In this document: positions 38,225-49,147 of the stretch, piece after piece
Numbering within the stretch: the first letter of the stretch is position 1
Layout: each line of letters starts with the position of its first letter
Assembly: GCA_963815125.1 (NCBI GenBank)
Contig: CAWFFM010000001.1
Span: 484,713-548,712, forward strand
Direction: 5' to 3'
DNA: 64,000 nt
From: an uncultured Actinomycetota bacterium
Lineage (GTDB): Bacteria > Actinomycetota > Actinomycetes > Mycobacteriales > Micromonosporaceae
Position numbers and translations under genes: made by a program
Notes under the pieces: generated by a model
Database searches by the model: none
What the model was told of the DNA's origin: nothing
Seen by the model: the letters and a program-made list of their open reading frames with translations, nothing else

Positions 38225-38404
38225 TCAGCGATCGGAATCCTGTTCGTCGGCTTCGTCCACCGGCGCATCGGCTGTCGCGTCGACGTCCGTGCCGTTCTCG
38301 GCCGCATCGTCGGAATTGGCCTTCTTCTTCCGTAGCCGCAGGGTGAAGGGCTGGCCGGTGGCGATGATCTGCCCACCGCCGCTGGGATTGATCATCATGG
38401 ACAT
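38225..38404 (-). CDS. candidate small protein (59 aa) upstream of lysX, with a basic RLRKKK centre and an acidic tail
   Basis: The sequence is MSMMINPSGGGQIIATGQPFTLRLRKKKANSDDAAENGTDVDATADAPVDEADEQDSDR. The ATG at 38404 lies about 10 nt after GGAGG. Third-codon positions are mostly G/C. It corresponds to the last 59 codons of an otherwise spurious 660-aa ORF antisense to argS. Confidence 0.4.
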   Translation of the reverse strand: MSMMINPSGGGQIIATGQPFTLRLRKKKANSDDAAENGTDVDATADAPVDEADEQDSDR

Positions 38405-38509
38405 GGCAGCGTACGACCTCCAGTCGGTCGGTGCGGCCCGTACCACCAGGTGGTATAGGTCGGTGGGGCAGGGCCGGGGGGCCGACTCTACCCTGGATAG
38501 CATGACGCA

Positions 38510-40168
38510 GTGACTCCCGCTGAGCTTGCAGACGCCGTCCTCTCGGCAGCCCGTAGCGCCTTCGCCGCGCACGGTCTCGACGCGGCCGCTCTCCCCGTGA
38601 CCACCACGGTAGAGCGACCACGAAATCCCGAGCACGGCGACTACGCCTCCAACCTGGCGCTCCAGTTGGCGAAGAAGCTCGGCGTGGCGCCCCGCGAGCT
38701 GGCCGGCTGGATCGCCGGGGAACTGGCCGCGACGCCCGGCGTGGCGGGCGCGGAGATCGCCGGGCCGGGATTCCTGAACATCAAGCTGTCCGCCGCTGCG
38801 GCCGGCGCCTTGGCCGGCACGATCGTCACCGCCGGGCCGGCGTACGGGAAGAGCGACGCGCTGCACGGACAGCGGGTCAACCTGGAGTTCGTGTCGGCGA
38901 ACCCGACCGGGCCGGTACACATCGGCGCCGTCCGCTGGGCCGCGGTGGGAGACGCGCTGTCCCGCCTGCTGGGCGCGGTCGGCGCGCAGGTGAGCACCGA
39001 GTACTACTTCAACGACGCCGGCTCCCAGATCACCCGCTTCGCCCGCACGCTGTACGCTGCCGCAGCCGGCCAGCCGGTACCCGAGGACGGCTACGCCGGG
39101 GAGTACATCGCCGAGATCGCCGCCAACGTGGTGGCCCGCAACCCCGGTGTGCTCGACGAGCCGGCCGAGAAGGCACTGGAGATCTTCCGGGTCGACGGCG
39201 TGGAACTGATGTTCGCCGAGATCCGTACCTCGCTGGGCGACTTCGGCGTACGGTTCGACACCTACTTCAACGAGAAGGACCTGCACACCCGGGGTGAACT
39301 GGATGCGGCGCTGGCCCGGCTGCGGGCACAGGGCAACATCGACGAACGCGACGGCGCCCAGTGGCTGCGCACCAGCGAACACGGCGACGACAAGGACCGG
39401 GTCCTGGTCAAGGCCGACGGTGACTGGACCTACTTCGCCGCCGACTGCGCCTACTACCTGGACAAGCGCGAGCGCGGTTTCGACAAGGTCGTCATCATGC
39501 TCGGTGCCGACCACCACGGCTACATCGGCCGGATGCGGGCGATGGCGGCGTGTTTCGGTGACGATCCGGACCAGACGCTGGAGATCCTCATCGGGCAGAT
39601 GGTCAACCTGGTCCGCGACGGTGCGCCGGTCCGGATGAGCAAGCGGGCCGGCACCGTGGTCCTGCTCAGTGACCTGGTCGAGGCGATCGGGGTGGACGCC
39701 GCCCGCTACGCCCTGGCCCGCTACTCGGTGGACTCTCCGATCGATCTGGATCTCGACGAGTGGGCGAAACGCAGTCAGGACAACCCGGTCTACTACGTGC
39801 AGTACGCGCACTCCAGGATCGCTTCGCTCGGGCGCAACGCCGCCGAACTGGGCATCGTACGGGCCGCGGACTACGACCCGGCGCTGCTGGACCACCAGCG
39901 CGAACACGACCTGCTGAAGGCGCTCGGTGAGTTCCCTGGCGTGATCAAGGCCGCGGCCGAACTGCGTGAGCCGCACCGGGTGGCCCGCTACCTGGAGGCC
40001 CTGGCCGGCGCCTACCACCGTTTCTACGACGCCTGCCGGGTGTTGCCGATGGGTGACGAGCCGGCCACCGAGCTGACCCACGCCAGACTCTGGCTCGTGG
40101 AAGCCACCCGCACCGTGCTGGCCAACGGGCTGCACCTGTTGGGCGTTTCGGCGCCGGAACGTATGTAG
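38510..40168 (+). CDS. argS: arginine--tRNA ligase
   Basis: The motifs are [21 protein letters not shown] (class I HIGH-type), MSKRAGTVV (KMSK-type) and the C-terminal anticodon-binding DALR domain ending in PERM. The start is GTG. Confidence 0.95.
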   Translation: MTPAELADAVLSAARSAFAAHGLDAAALPVTTTVERPRNPEHGDYASNLALQLAKKLGVAPRELAGWIAGELAATPGVAGAEIAGPGFLNIKLSAAAAGALAGTIVTAGPAYGKSDALHGQRVNLEFVSANPTGPVHIGAVRWAAVGDALSRLLGAVGAQVSTEYYFNDAGSQITRFARTLYAAAAGQPVPEDGYAGEYIAEIAANVVARNPGVLDEPAEKALEIFRVDGVELMFAEIRTSLGDFGVRFDTYFNEKDLHTRGELDAALARLRAQGNIDERDGAQWLRTSEHGDDKDRVLVKADGDWTYFAADCAYYLDKRERGFDKVVIMLGADHHGYIGRMRAMAACFGDDPDQTLEILIGQMVNLVRDGAPVRMSKRAGTVVLLSDLVEAIGVDAARYALARYSVDSPIDLDLDEWAKRSQDNPVYYVQYAHSRIASLGRNAAELGIVRAADYDPALLDHQREHDLLKALGEFPGVIKAAAELREPHRVARYLEALAGAYHRFYDACRVLPMGDEPATELTHARLWLVEATRTVLANGLHLLGVSAPERM

Positions 40169-40182
40169 AGGAGCGGCGCACC

Positions 40183-41610
40183 ATGCGATCCCATGAAGCC
40201 GGCGCACTGCACGCCGACATCGGAACGCACGGGCCGGCGTGGCTGCGCCCGCCGACCGATGTCAACGCCCTGCTGCCGCATCTGTGGCCGGACACCGTCG
40301 GACGTGACGCATCCGGGATGGTACAGATCGGCGGAGTGCCGGTGGCCGAACTGGCCAGCGGCTACGGCACACCCACCTATGTACTCGACGAGGCCGACTT
40401 CCGGCGCCGGGCCGGCGCGTTCCGTACCGGTTTCGGTGCCGCGTTCGATGGCCGCGCCGACGTCTACTACGCGGGCAAGGCATTCCTGTGCAAGGCCGTG
40501 GTCCGGTGGATCGCCGAGGAAGGGCTGCGGCTGGACGTGTGCTCCGGCGGGGAACTGGCCGTCGCGCTCGCTGCCGGGTTCGATCCGGCCCTGATCGGGA
40601 TGCACGGCAACAACAAGTCCGTCGAGGAACTGGCGCGTGCGGTGGACGTCGGTGTCGGGCGCATCGTGCTCGACTCGCTCATCGAGATCGAGCGGCTCGC
40701 TGCGGTGGCCGCCGAACGCGGGGTCCGGGTACCGGTACTGGTACGCGTCACCGCCGGGGTGGAGGCGCACACCCACGAGTACATCGCCACGGCGCACGAG
40801 GACCAGAAGTTCGGACTGTCACTCAGCCCGCGGCCGTCGGGCCGCAGCGATGCCGCCGAGGCCGTGCACCGGATCCTCGCGGCTCCCGGTCTGGAACTGC
40901 GTGGCCTGCATTCGCACATCGGCTCGCAGATCTTCGACGCGCAGGGCTTCGAGGTCTCCGCCCGGCGGGTACTGCGGCTGCAGGCCGACATCCGGGACGA
41001 GTACGGGATACAGCTGCCCGAGCTGGATCTGGGCGGGGGCTTCGGTATCGCGTACACCACGCAGGACGATCCGTTCGAGCCGGCGGAGCTGGCCGAGGCG
41101 CTGCACCGCATCGTCACGCACGAGTGCGCCGGCTACGACCTGGCCGTGCCGCGGGTATCGGTGGAGCCCGGGCGGGCCATAGTAGGCCCAGCGACCTTCA
41201 CCCTGTACGAGGTCGGCACGGTCAAGGATGTGGCGCTCGATGGTGGAGGCATCCGCCGGTACGTCTCGGTGGACGGTGGGATGAGCGACAACATCCGTAC
41301 CGCCCTGTACGACGCCTCGTACTCCTGCACCCTGGCCAACCGCGTCTCGGACGCTCCGCCGGTACTGGCCAGGGTGGTCGGAAAGCACTGCGAGGCCGGC
41401 GACATCGTGGTTCGCGACGAGTTCCTGCCTTCGGATGTGACGCCGGGGGACCTGGTCGCGGTGCCCGGCACGGGAGCGTACTGCCGCAGCATGGCGAGCA
41501 ACTACAACCATGTACCCCGGCCTGGCGTGGTCGCGGTCATGAACGGCACCGCACGGGTGATCATGCGTGCCGAGACCGAGGACGATCTGCTGAGGCTGGA
41601 CGTGGGATGA
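40183..41610 (+). CDS. lysA: diaminopimelate decarboxylase
   Basis: The motifs are TPTYVLDEADFRRRA, YAGKAFLCKAV (PLP lysine), HSHIGSQI, EPGRAIVG and CESGD-like CEAGD. Confidence 0.95.
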   Translation: MRSHEAGALHADIGTHGPAWLRPPTDVNALLPHLWPDTVGRDASGMVQIGGVPVAELASGYGTPTYVLDEADFRRRAGAFRTGFGAAFDGRADVYYAGKAFLCKAVVRWIAEEGLRLDVCSGGELAVALAAGFDPALIGMHGNNKSVEELARAVDVGVGRIVLDSLIEIERLAAVAAERGVRVPVLVRVTAGVEAHTHEYIATAHEDQKFGLSLSPRPSGRSDAAEAVHRILAAPGLELRGLHSHIGSQIFDAQGFEVSARRVLRLQADIRDEYGIQLPELDLGGGFGIAYTTQDDPFEPAELAEALHRIVTHECAGYDLAVPRVSVEPGRAIVGPATFTLYEVGTVKDVALDGGGIRRYVSVDGGMSDNIRTALYDASYSCTLANRVSDAPPVLARVVGKHCEAGDIVVRDEFLPSDVTPGDLVAVPGTGAYCRSMASNYNHVPRPGVVAVMNGTARVIMRAETEDDLLRLDVG

Positions 41611-42950
41611 GCGTGGCGAAATCCGGGCCGCTGAAACTGGCCCTGCTGGGGTGCGGCACGGTCGGCACCGAGGTTGTGCGGCTGTTGCACGAGCAGGCCG
41701 ACGATCTTGCGGCCCGGATCGGTGCTCCGCTGGAACTGGCCGGGATCGCGGTACGTCGGCCGGACCGTGACCGCGGCCCGCTGCCGGTGCCCCGTGAACT
41801 GTTCACCTCCGATGCCATGGGCCTGGTCGAACGCCGTGACGTGGACATCGTGGTGGAGGTGGTCGGTGGGCTGGAACCGGCCCGGGAGTGGTTGACCGCC
41901 GCGCTGCGGGCGGGCAAGGGCGTGGTGACGGCCAACAAGGCGCTGCTGGCCGAGGACACCGCCACGCTGGCCGATGCCGCTGCGCAGGGCGGGGCCGACC
42001 TCTACTACGAGGCGGCGGTGGCCGGTGCGATCCCGTTGCTGCGACCGCTGCGCGAATCCCTGCACGGCGACCGGATCACCCGGGTCACCGGCATCGTCAA
42101 CGGCACCACCAACTACATACTGTCCAAGATGGACAGTACGGGTGCCGGATTCGCCGACGCGCTGGATGAGGCGACGGCCCTCGGCTACGCGGAGGCCGAT
42201 CCGACCGCCGACGTGGAGGCGTTCGATGCGGCCGCCAAGGCGGCGATCCTCGCCTCGCTGAGCTTCCACACCAGGGTGACCGCCGCCGATGTGTACCGGG
42301 CGGGCATCACCGAGGTGACCGCTGCGGACGTGGCGAGTGCCCAGGAGATGGGTTGCACCGTCAAGCTGCTGTGCATAGCCGAACGACGTACCGATCCCGA
42401 CGGCCGGGACAGCGTGTCGGCCCGGGTGCATCCGGCGATGATCCCGCGCAGCCACCCGCTCGCCGCCGTCGGCGACGCCTTCAACGCGGTCTTCGTCGAG
42501 GCCGAGGCCGCCGGGTCGCTGATGTTCTACGGTGCCGGTGCCGGCGGCGCACCGACCGCCAGCGCGGTGCTGGGCGACATCGTCGCGGTGGCCCGTAACC
42601 GGCGGCTCGGACGCTGCGCGCAGGCCGACACCGCGTACGCGGATCTGCGCATCCGGCCCATGGGGGAGATCGACACCCGCTACCACATCTCGCTGGACGT
42701 GGCCGACCGGGCCGGTGTGCTGGCCGCGGTGGCCAACGTGTTCGCGGCGCACGGTGTGAGCATCCAGACCGTCCGGCAGGAGGGCCGGGACCGCGAACCC
42801 GGTGCGCGGCCCACCGGGGACGGCGACGCGTTGCTGGTGGTGGTGACGCACCGGGCGCCGGACGCGGCCTTGCGCTCCACAGTGGACGCACTGGCCGAGT
42901 TGGACATCGTGCGTGACGTGGCCAGCGTGATGCGGGTCGAGGGGGAATGA
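41607..42950 (+). CDS. hom: homoserine dehydrogenase (with C-terminal ACT domain)
   Basis: The motifs are [42 protein letters not shown] and [28 protein letters not shown]. The ATG overlaps the lysA stop (ATGA). Confidence 0.95.
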   Translation: MSVAKSGPLKLALLGCGTVGTEVVRLLHEQADDLAARIGAPLELAGIAVRRPDRDRGPLPVPRELFTSDAMGLVERRDVDIVVEVVGGLEPAREWLTAALRAGKGVVTANKALLAEDTATLADAAAQGGADLYYEAAVAGAIPLLRPLRESLHGDRITRVTGIVNGTTNYILSKMDSTGAGFADALDEATALGYAEADPTADVEAFDAAAKAAILASLSFHTRVTAADVYRAGITEVTAADVASAQEMGCTVKLLCIAERRTDPDGRDSVSARVHPAMIPRSHPLAAVGDAFNAVFVEAEAAGSLMFYGAGAGGAPTASAVLGDIVAVARNRRLGRCAQADTAYADLRIRPMGEIDTRYHISLDVADRAGVLAAVANVFAAHGVSIQTVRQEGRDREPGARPTGDGDALLVVVTHRAPDAALRSTVDALAELDIVRDVASVMRVEGE

Positions 42951-44005
42951 TGCGTACCTGGCGTGGTGTGATCACCGAATTCGCCGACCGGCTGCCGGTC
43001 GGTTCCGACACCCCCGTGGTGACCCTGTTCGAGGGCGGCACCCCGCTCATTCCCGCGCCCGGGCTCTCGGCACGCACCGGATGCCAGGTCCACCTCAAGG
43101 TCGAGGGGATGAACCCGACCGGCTCGTTCAAGGACCGCGGCATGACGGTCGCGTTGTCCAAGGCGGTCGAGGACGGCGCCAAGGCGGTGATCTGCGCGTC
43201 AACCGGCAACACCGCGGCGTCCGCGGCGGCGTACGCGGCCCGGGCCGGGCTGGTCTGCGCCGTTCTCGTGCCGCAGGGCAAGATCGCGCTCGGTAAGTTG
43301 GCCCAGGGCCTGGTGCACGGCGCGAAGCTGCTGCAGGTCGACGGCAACTTCGACGACTGCCTGGCGCTGGCTTCCAAACTGTCGCTGGACTACCCGGTCG
43401 CGTTGATGAACTCGGTGAACCCGTACCGGATCGAGGGGCAGAAGACCGCCGCCTTCGAGATCGTCGAGGCGCTCGGCGACGCGCCGGACATCCACTGTCT
43501 GCCGGTGGGCAATGCCGGCAACATCACCGCCTACTGGAAGGGCTACACCGAGGACGTAGCGGCCGGCAACGCCGGGCGCCGTCCCCGGATGTTCGGCTTC
43601 CAGGCGTCGGAGGCGGCGCCGATCGTGCTTGGTGAGGTGGTACGCCATCCGCAGACCATCGCCACCGCGATCCGGATCGGCAACCCGGCGAGCTGGACGA
43701 AAGCGGTCGACGCACGGGACGAGTCGGGTGGCCTCATCGCCGCGGTCACCGACCGGGCGATCCTCGCCGCGTACCGCCTACTGGCCCGCACCGAAGGGGT
43801 GTTCGTCGAGCTGGCCAGCGCGGCCAGCGTCGCCGGTCTGCTGCAGTCGGTGGAGCAGGGCCTGGTGGCGCAGGGCCAGACCGTCGTCTGCACCGTCACC
43901 GGTCACGGATTGAAGGATCCCGACTGGGCGGTCGGGACCGCGCCGGCACCCATCACCATTCCGGTGGACGCGCACGCCGCCGCCCTCGCCCTCGGGCTGG
44001 TCTGA
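42947..44005 (+). CDS. thrC: threonine synthase
   Basis: The motifs are [18 protein letters not shown] (PLP lysine), [20 protein letters not shown] and TGHGLKDP. The ATG overlaps the hom stop. Confidence 0.95.
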   Translation: MMRTWRGVITEFADRLPVGSDTPVVTLFEGGTPLIPAPGLSARTGCQVHLKVEGMNPTGSFKDRGMTVALSKAVEDGAKAVICASTGNTAASAAAYAARAGLVCAVLVPQGKIALGKLAQGLVHGAKLLQVDGNFDDCLALASKLSLDYPVALMNSVNPYRIEGQKTAAFEIVEALGDAPDIHCLPVGNAGNITAYWKGYTEDVAAGNAGRRPRMFGFQASEAAPIVLGEVVRHPQTIATAIRIGNPASWTKAVDARDESGGLIAAVTDRAILAAYRLLARTEGVFVELASAASVAGLLQSVEQGLVAQGQTVVCTVTGHGLKDPDWAVGTAPAPITIPVDAHAAALALGLV

Positions 44006-44079
44006 CCCTCGGGTGTGGGTGGCGTACGGTCGTCACGGTTGCCGTACGGTGCCCCGGTGAGCACTGAAGGGCGGATCTG

Positions 44080-44787
44080 ATGCAGTCGAGACCCGATACG
44101 CCGCCAGCGGCGGAGGCGCCGCCCGGTCCGGATGCCCGACGCCGTCGGATCTGGGCCGTCGGCGGTGGCACGCTCGCGGTCGTACTGCTACTCGGCCTGC
44201 TGTGGGCGGCGTTCAGCGCGATGACCGCCGGTGGGCCCGGCGATGACGGGGCGGTGACCGGGACCAGCGGCGCCACCGCCCGTTCGGGCACGGCCGCCCC
44301 ACCGCCCGGTGCGGTGCGGCTGGCACCGATCGGGGGCGTGACGATCACCGGTGTGGCGGCGAGCCTGACGAAGCGCTGGCATGTCAGATTCCGTACCGGG
44401 GATGCGGGGACCCGGCTCGCCACCGCGCACCAGCCGGGTACCGGTCACCCGCTGGAGATCGCCGTGATCCACTACCCGGACATCGGGGACAACCAGGTCG
44501 GTGCCGTGCAGTGCGCGTTCTACCGGGACTACGAGCTGACGCCCGCCCTGGTCCGGGCTGTCACCGACTGTCTGCGGCCGGTGCTGTCCGGCGCGGACCG
44601 TACGAGGGTGCCCGCCTGGATCGCCGCGCACCACGACCTGCTGGGCACCCACCGGATGCAGTACCCGGTATTCGGTGCCATCCAACTGGAAATGGTGCTC
44701 GCCGCCAGGAGCGATGCATCGAGCACCGCGGCGGGGGCGCCGGCCTCGTTCTGGGTTCAGGCGCAGGCCAAGGGAACCAGCTGGTAG
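44080..44787 (+). CDS. hypothetical membrane-anchored protein (one N-terminal TM helix, extracytoplasmic domain)
   Basis: There is a Pro/Arg-rich N-terminus, a TM helix (IWAVGGGTLAVVLLLGLLWAAFSAM) and then a domain of about 170 aa. I recognise no family. Confidence 0.45.
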   Translation: MQSRPDTPPAAEAPPGPDARRRRIWAVGGGTLAVVLLLGLLWAAFSAMTAGGPGDDGAVTGTSGATARSGTAAPPPGAVRLAPIGGVTITGVAASLTKRWHVRFRTGDAGTRLATAHQPGTGHPLEIAVIHYPDIGDNQVGAVQCAFYRDYELTPALVRAVTDCLRPVLSGADRTRVPAWIAAHHDLLGTHRMQYPVFGAIQLEMVLAARSDASSTAAGAPASFWVQAQAKGTSW

Positions 44788-44833
44788 ACCGGCCGCATCC
44801 GGTGCCCCGCCGAGCGACGGGGCACCGGATGGA

Positions 44834-47767
44834 TCAACTGGCCGTACCGTGTACCAGAACCTCCCGGCTGTCGGCGAAGCTGCAACCGGACACCTGCTGA
44901 GTGGCGCAGCTGATGCCGTAGTCCTTCACCTGGGTGCCGAGGATGCTGTACCGCAGGTACAGCACCTTGTCCGTACCGGCGGTCAGGCTCACCGTGCTGT
45001 ACTGGCCGAAGGTGGCCGGGGTGAAGTGCCCCTTGGCCGCCACCGTCCAGGTCGTGCCGTCGGTGGAGGTTTCCACCTGGTAGTCACCGGTCGACGCGGA
45101 CGGGTCGTCACCACAGGTGGCCGACGGGTCGATGCGTAGCTCGGTGATGTCCACCGGCGCGGGCAGCTGGACGGTCACGTGCCGCGGGTCGATGCCGACC
45201 CCGTCGGTACCGCCCACCGCGTCGGAACCCCAACCGTGGCCCTGCGTGGTGTCGTACAGTCCGTCCGGACCGCAGTCCGGGGTGTAGTCGGGGCCGTTGA
45301 AGTCGGCGACCTTGGCGCCACCGGACAGCGCGGCCCAGTCCCGGGTGAGGGTCCAGTTCGCGGTGTTGGCATGCGAGGCGATCGACACGGTCCGGGTGTC
45401 CGACTGCTCGTACCCGGGCCCGGTGGCGAACACCTTCGGGTAGGTGCCGGCCGGGATTCCGTTGATCGTGTAGCTGCCGTCGGCCCCGGTCACCCCGACG
45501 TAGTCGTCCAGGTAACCGGAGGCGTGCCCACCGAACGCGACCGTCGCGCCGGTCACCGGCTTGCCGGTGTCGCTGCTGACCTTTCCGGTCAGGCTTCCGG
45601 TCGGGGTGCCCGCGGTCGGCGGCAGGGTGAAGTCCTCCACCGGCTGGGTGTCGTTGCCGTCCAGAGCGCCGGCGAAGTAGCCCATGCCGCGGTGTGCGAA
45701 CACCTGCCAGATCTTGTGGTGCGCGTGCCCACCGTTGACCACGGTGTCGGCCTGCAGGATGGCGTTGCGCTCGTCCAGGAAGGACGGGTTGGCCGGGGAC
45801 AGCTCCATCGCCCGGGTGACCAGTGACTCGGCCCGCCTGCTGCCCAGCGCGTTACGCAGGTCCCACAGGGTTTCGGCCCAGATCTCACCGTCGGCGTGCA
45901 CCTCGGCACCGCGGCGGGAGATCTTGCCGAAGTCGCCGTACGTGTAGCCGCCGGAGCCGGCGTTCGCCGTACCGGGGCAGACCGAGGCCGCGGCACCGAC
46001 CGCGCAGTCCAGCGACTGGCTGCGGATGGTGTCGCCGTGCCCGACGTAGATGCCGATGTTGAGGTCACCGGACCTGCGTGGGTCGTCTTTGAAGTACTTC
46101 TGGTTCACCAGGAAGTCGTAGGCGTACCAGTCGCTCCAGGCCTCACCCATCGACCCGGCCTGCACGTTGCCCAGGGTGGACAGCCCACCGGCGTCGACCA
46201 CCAGCCGGTTGGACAGCCCGTGGGTGTATTCGTGGTACACCACGTCGGCCTCGTCACCGCCGTTGGACGGGATGAACCCGTCGGTCTGGTCGGCCGGGTC
46301 GTTCCACAGGTACATCTGCATGGTCGGCGCGTGCCCGTCGGGCGGCGTCGACATGTTGGCGTTGTCGGTGTGGTTGGAGTCCGGGAGCCCGTTCGCGGTG
46401 TCCGCCCCGTCGTCCGGCTGTGCCTGCACCGCGTCGTTGTCCCGGGCGTCGAAGTTGCCGGCCGCCCGGGTGAATCCGATCGGCGCCGCCGCCAGGTGGT
46501 CGTGGTACTTACCGAGGTAGTAGAAGACCTGGACCGCGTTCTGCTTTCGGTTGGCCTGCCACGAGTTGGCCGTGTTCGGGTCCCACGAGCACTGGTACGC
46601 GGCCGAGCAGCCCTTCCCGGGGTTCTGCGTGTTCTGCGCCACGAACGGGAAGGTGAAGTTGCCGTCGCTGTTGGCAGGTACCTCCTCGCCGGTGTCGGCC
46701 TTGTTGTTGTCGTTGACGTCGGAGTACACGTGCGCGTTGGTGCCGTCGAGGGTGCTGGATCCGGCCGGCAGCCACCCGGGGGTGGTGAGGTTACGTGCCG
46801 ACTGCTTGCCGCCCTTGGCCGCACCCGGGTAGTTGTCCCAGGCCAGACCCTGCTGGGCGACGTCGTGGACCAGGTCCTGGCGGTACAGCACCCGACCGGA
46901 CTGCGCGTCGATGACATGCAGGTACATCGACCCCTTGGCCGGTGTGGTCAGCGTCTGCCAGGCCAGTCGGGGGCCGGCCAGCGTCTGGAAGACCACCTGT
47001 CCGGCGGTGTCACCGTCGGCGAAGGTCGTCACGGAGGAACCGGCGTTGCGGGAACTGACCTTGGCCGGGGTCGCTCCGGCGTTTCGTACCGCGGCGTCGC
47101 GTGCCGCGACCGCGGACAGCTTGGCCGAGCCGATGCTGCCGGGCAGGTTCGCCACCGGCGAGCCCAGCACGCTGATCAGCCGACCGTTGCGGCTGACGTT
47201 GGCCTGCAGACCGTTGCCGAACACCGGCACGCCGTGCACGCTCTGTACGAAGGACAGGTGGTGGGTGCCGTCGACGTCGACGTAGTCACGACGCAACGTC
47301 AGATCCGACACCGCCCCGGCGGTCAGGCCGAACACGTCGGGTCGGCCACGCACGTAGTCCAGCGCGATGCTGGCGGGCTTCCCGTTGCTGGCGCCGGTGA
47401 GGAAACCCCCGGTGTTCGCGACCTGCCGTGCGGTACCGGTCAGCGGATCGATGTCGACGATCCCCTCGGTGCCCAGTTGGCTGCGGAGGCTGACGACACC
47501 TGCCTTGGGATGCGTGGCCGAGCGGGTGTCCCGGGTGCTCAAAGCCCGTTTCGCGCCGGGGCCATCGCTACGTGCGTCGTAGTTGGCGAGGGTCAGGCCG
47601 GCCTGGTCGGCGCTGGCCGACGGGGACCTGTCCGCTGCGCGCGGTGCCGCCTGGGCCGGTAGCGCACCGGCCAGCAGCACCACTCCGCTGAGGCCTGCCA
47701 CTGCGGGGATTACCCGCCTTCGACGTCCGGGCGAAGCGCCCGGTACCTGCCGGAACCGTAGTGCCAT
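44834..47767 (-). CDS. secreted M36 (fungalysin-type) zinc metalloprotease with a propeptide, a carboxypeptidase-regulatory-like domain and a discoidin (F5/8 type C)-like C-terminal domain
   Basis: There is a signal peptide (RRRVIPAVAGLSGVVLLAGALPAQA) and an HExxH motif in VVYHEYTHGLSNRLV. The segment GEAWSDWYA follows downstream. The C-terminus has GSYTINGIPAGTY and sequence resembling a galactose-binding domain. Confidence 0.85.
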   Translation of the reverse strand: MALRFRQVPGASPGRRRRVIPAVAGLSGVVLLAGALPAQAAPRAADRSPSASADQAGLTLANYDARSDGPGAKRALSTRDTRSATHPKAGVVSLRSQLGTEGIVDIDPLTGTARQVANTGGFLTGASNGKPASIALDYVRGRPDVFGLTAGAVSDLTLRRDYVDVDGTHHLSFVQSVHGVPVFGNGLQANVSRNGRLISVLGSPVANLPGSIGSAKLSAVAARDAAVRNAGATPAKVSSRNAGSSVTTFADGDTAGQVVFQTLAGPRLAWQTLTTPAKGSMYLHVIDAQSGRVLYRQDLVHDVAQQGLAWDNYPGAAKGGKQSARNLTTPGWLPAGSSTLDGTNAHVYSDVNDNNKADTGEEVPANSDGNFTFPFVAQNTQNPGKGCSAAYQCSWDPNTANSWQANRKQNAVQVFYYLGKYHDHLAAAPIGFTRAAGNFDARDNDAVQAQPDDGADTANGLPDSNHTDNANMSTPPDGHAPTMQMYLWNDPADQTDGFIPSNGGDEADVVYHEYTHGLSNRLVVDAGGLSTLGNVQAGSMGEAWSDWYAYDFLVNQKYFKDDPRRSGDLNIGIYVGHGDTIRSQSLDCAVGAAASVCPGTANAGSGGYTYGDFGKISRRGAEVHADGEIWAETLWDLRNALGSRRAESLVTRAMELSPANPSFLDERNAILQADTVVNGGHAHHKIWQVFAHRGMGYFAGALDGNDTQPVEDFTLPPTAGTPTGSLTGKVSSDTGKPVTGATVAFGGHASGYLDDYVGVTGADGSYTINGIPAGTYPKVFATGPGYEQSDTRTVSIASHANTANWTLTRDWAALSGGAKVADFNGPDYTPDCGPDGLYDTTQGHGWGSDAVGGTDGVGIDPRHVTVQLPAPVDITELRIDPSATCGDDPSASTGDYQVETSTDGTTWTVAAKGHFTPATFGQYSTVSLTAGTDKVLYLRYSILGTQVKDYGISCATQQVSGCSFADSREVLVHGTAS

Positions 47768-47968
47768 GTGCGAACCCCTTGATGTGAGGTCGATAGACAG
47801 GGATGGACAACTGAGGGAAAGTTGCGTCGCCCAACGGCAGCCTGCCCAGAAAATACCGGCGTCACAAGCCTGAACTGCGAAAAGTTCTGATTTTGCCGCT
47901 TATCGCGACCCGGTCGGCGGCTTCCTGCCGGTTGTCGCGCGTCGGAGCGGTGATGGTGGGATGGTGGC

Positions 47969-48880
47969 ATGGCACAGCAATTCCTGACCGGCCCGGTACG
48001 GGTCCGAGTTCCGGCGACCAGCGCGAACCTCGGGCCCGGCTTCGACGCGCTCGGTCTCGCGCTGGGACTGTACGACGAGGTCGAGGCGCAGGTGTCCGGG
48101 GCCGGTGTCCGGGTGACGGTGACCGGTGAGGGCGCTGGTGTGCTGGCGCTCGACGAGCGTCATCTGGTGGCCCGATCCGCGTTGATGGTCTTCGACCGCA
48201 CGGGTGGCCGGCCCGCCGGGCTGGAGTTGCGCTGTGTCAACCGGATCCCGCATGCCCGGGGCCTGGGCTCATCTTCTGCCGCGATCATCGCCGGCATGCT
48301 GCTTGCCCGGGCGCTGCTGCCGGACGGCGTACGGCGGCTGCCGGATGCCACTGTGCTTCGGTGGGCCGCCGAACGGGAAGGCCATCCTGACAATGTGGCG
48401 CCGTGTCTGTACGGTGGGTTCACCATCGCCTGGGGTGATCCGTCGGGTGCCCGCGCGGTACGACTCGACCCTGCGTCGCAGCTGCGCCCGGTGGCGCTGG
48501 TGCCCGAGCACCGGGCCCGTACCGAGGTGGCCCGCGGGGTGCTCCCCGACCAGGTCCCGCACGTCGATGCCGCGATCAACGCGGGCCGGGCGGCCCTGCT
48601 GGTCCACGCGCTGACCAGGGCGCCGCATCTGCTGATGCCGGCCACCGAGGACCGGCTGCATCAGCAGTACCGTTCCATGGTCATGCCGGACAGCCTGGCC
48701 CTGGTCCGGCGACTGCGTGCCGAGGGTGTCCCGGCTGTGATCTCTGGCGCTGGTCCGACCGTTCTCGCGTTCGTTTCTGCTGGTCAGAGCGTTGAAGATG
48801 GTCTTGGTGGACAAAATCGGCGCGGATTTGCGACACTGCCGCTGACTGTCGACCAGCGAGGCGCTACAGTTTGCTTCTGA
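47969..48880 (+). CDS. thrB: homoserine kinase (GHMP family)
   Basis: The motifs are VRVPATSANLGPGFDALGLAL, IPHARGLGSSSAAIIAG (GHMP motif II) and ISGAGPTVLAF. Confidence 0.95.
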   Translation: MAQQFLTGPVRVRVPATSANLGPGFDALGLALGLYDEVEAQVSGAGVRVTVTGEGAGVLALDERHLVARSALMVFDRTGGRPAGLELRCVNRIPHARGLGSSSAAIIAGMLLARALLPDGVRRLPDATVLRWAAEREGHPDNVAPCLYGGFTIAWGDPSGARAVRLDPASQLRPVALVPEHRARTEVARGVLPDQVPHVDAAINAGRAALLVHALTRAPHLLMPATEDRLHQQYRSMVMPDSLALVRRLRAEGVPAVISGAGPTVLAFVSAGQSVEDGLGGQNRRGFATLPLTVDQRGATVCF

Positions 48881-49147
48881 GAGGTCCCGTGGCTCGGGTC
48901 CGGCGGTTTCCGCCGAACGCATCGGTTACGTGGCCGTCGGCGATAGCTGCCCTCCCCGAGTTCGGCGCCGGTCCAGCCAGGGCGCGGTGTTCGACACGCG
49001 GGAAGATATCCGGGTCTGATGTTGTTGCCCCAGGTAGCTGTCGACGACTACGCTCAACGGTGGTACAAGCGCCCGTCGTGATCTCCCCGGGCAAGTGTCT
49101 CCCCTGGGACAGTGCTTCCAGCGCAGTCCTATCAAGGGGGCGGGGTA

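Noticed and set aside
38405-40207. The upstream 601 codons of the 660-aa minus-strand ORF antisense to argS (listed as 38225..40207).
   Set aside because: The composition (Arg/Gly/Pro/Val-rich, with no motifs) is typical of antisense frames in GC-rich DNA, and the plus strand encodes an unmistakable ArgS. Only its last 59 codons, which lie outside argS, were kept as a candidate small ORF.
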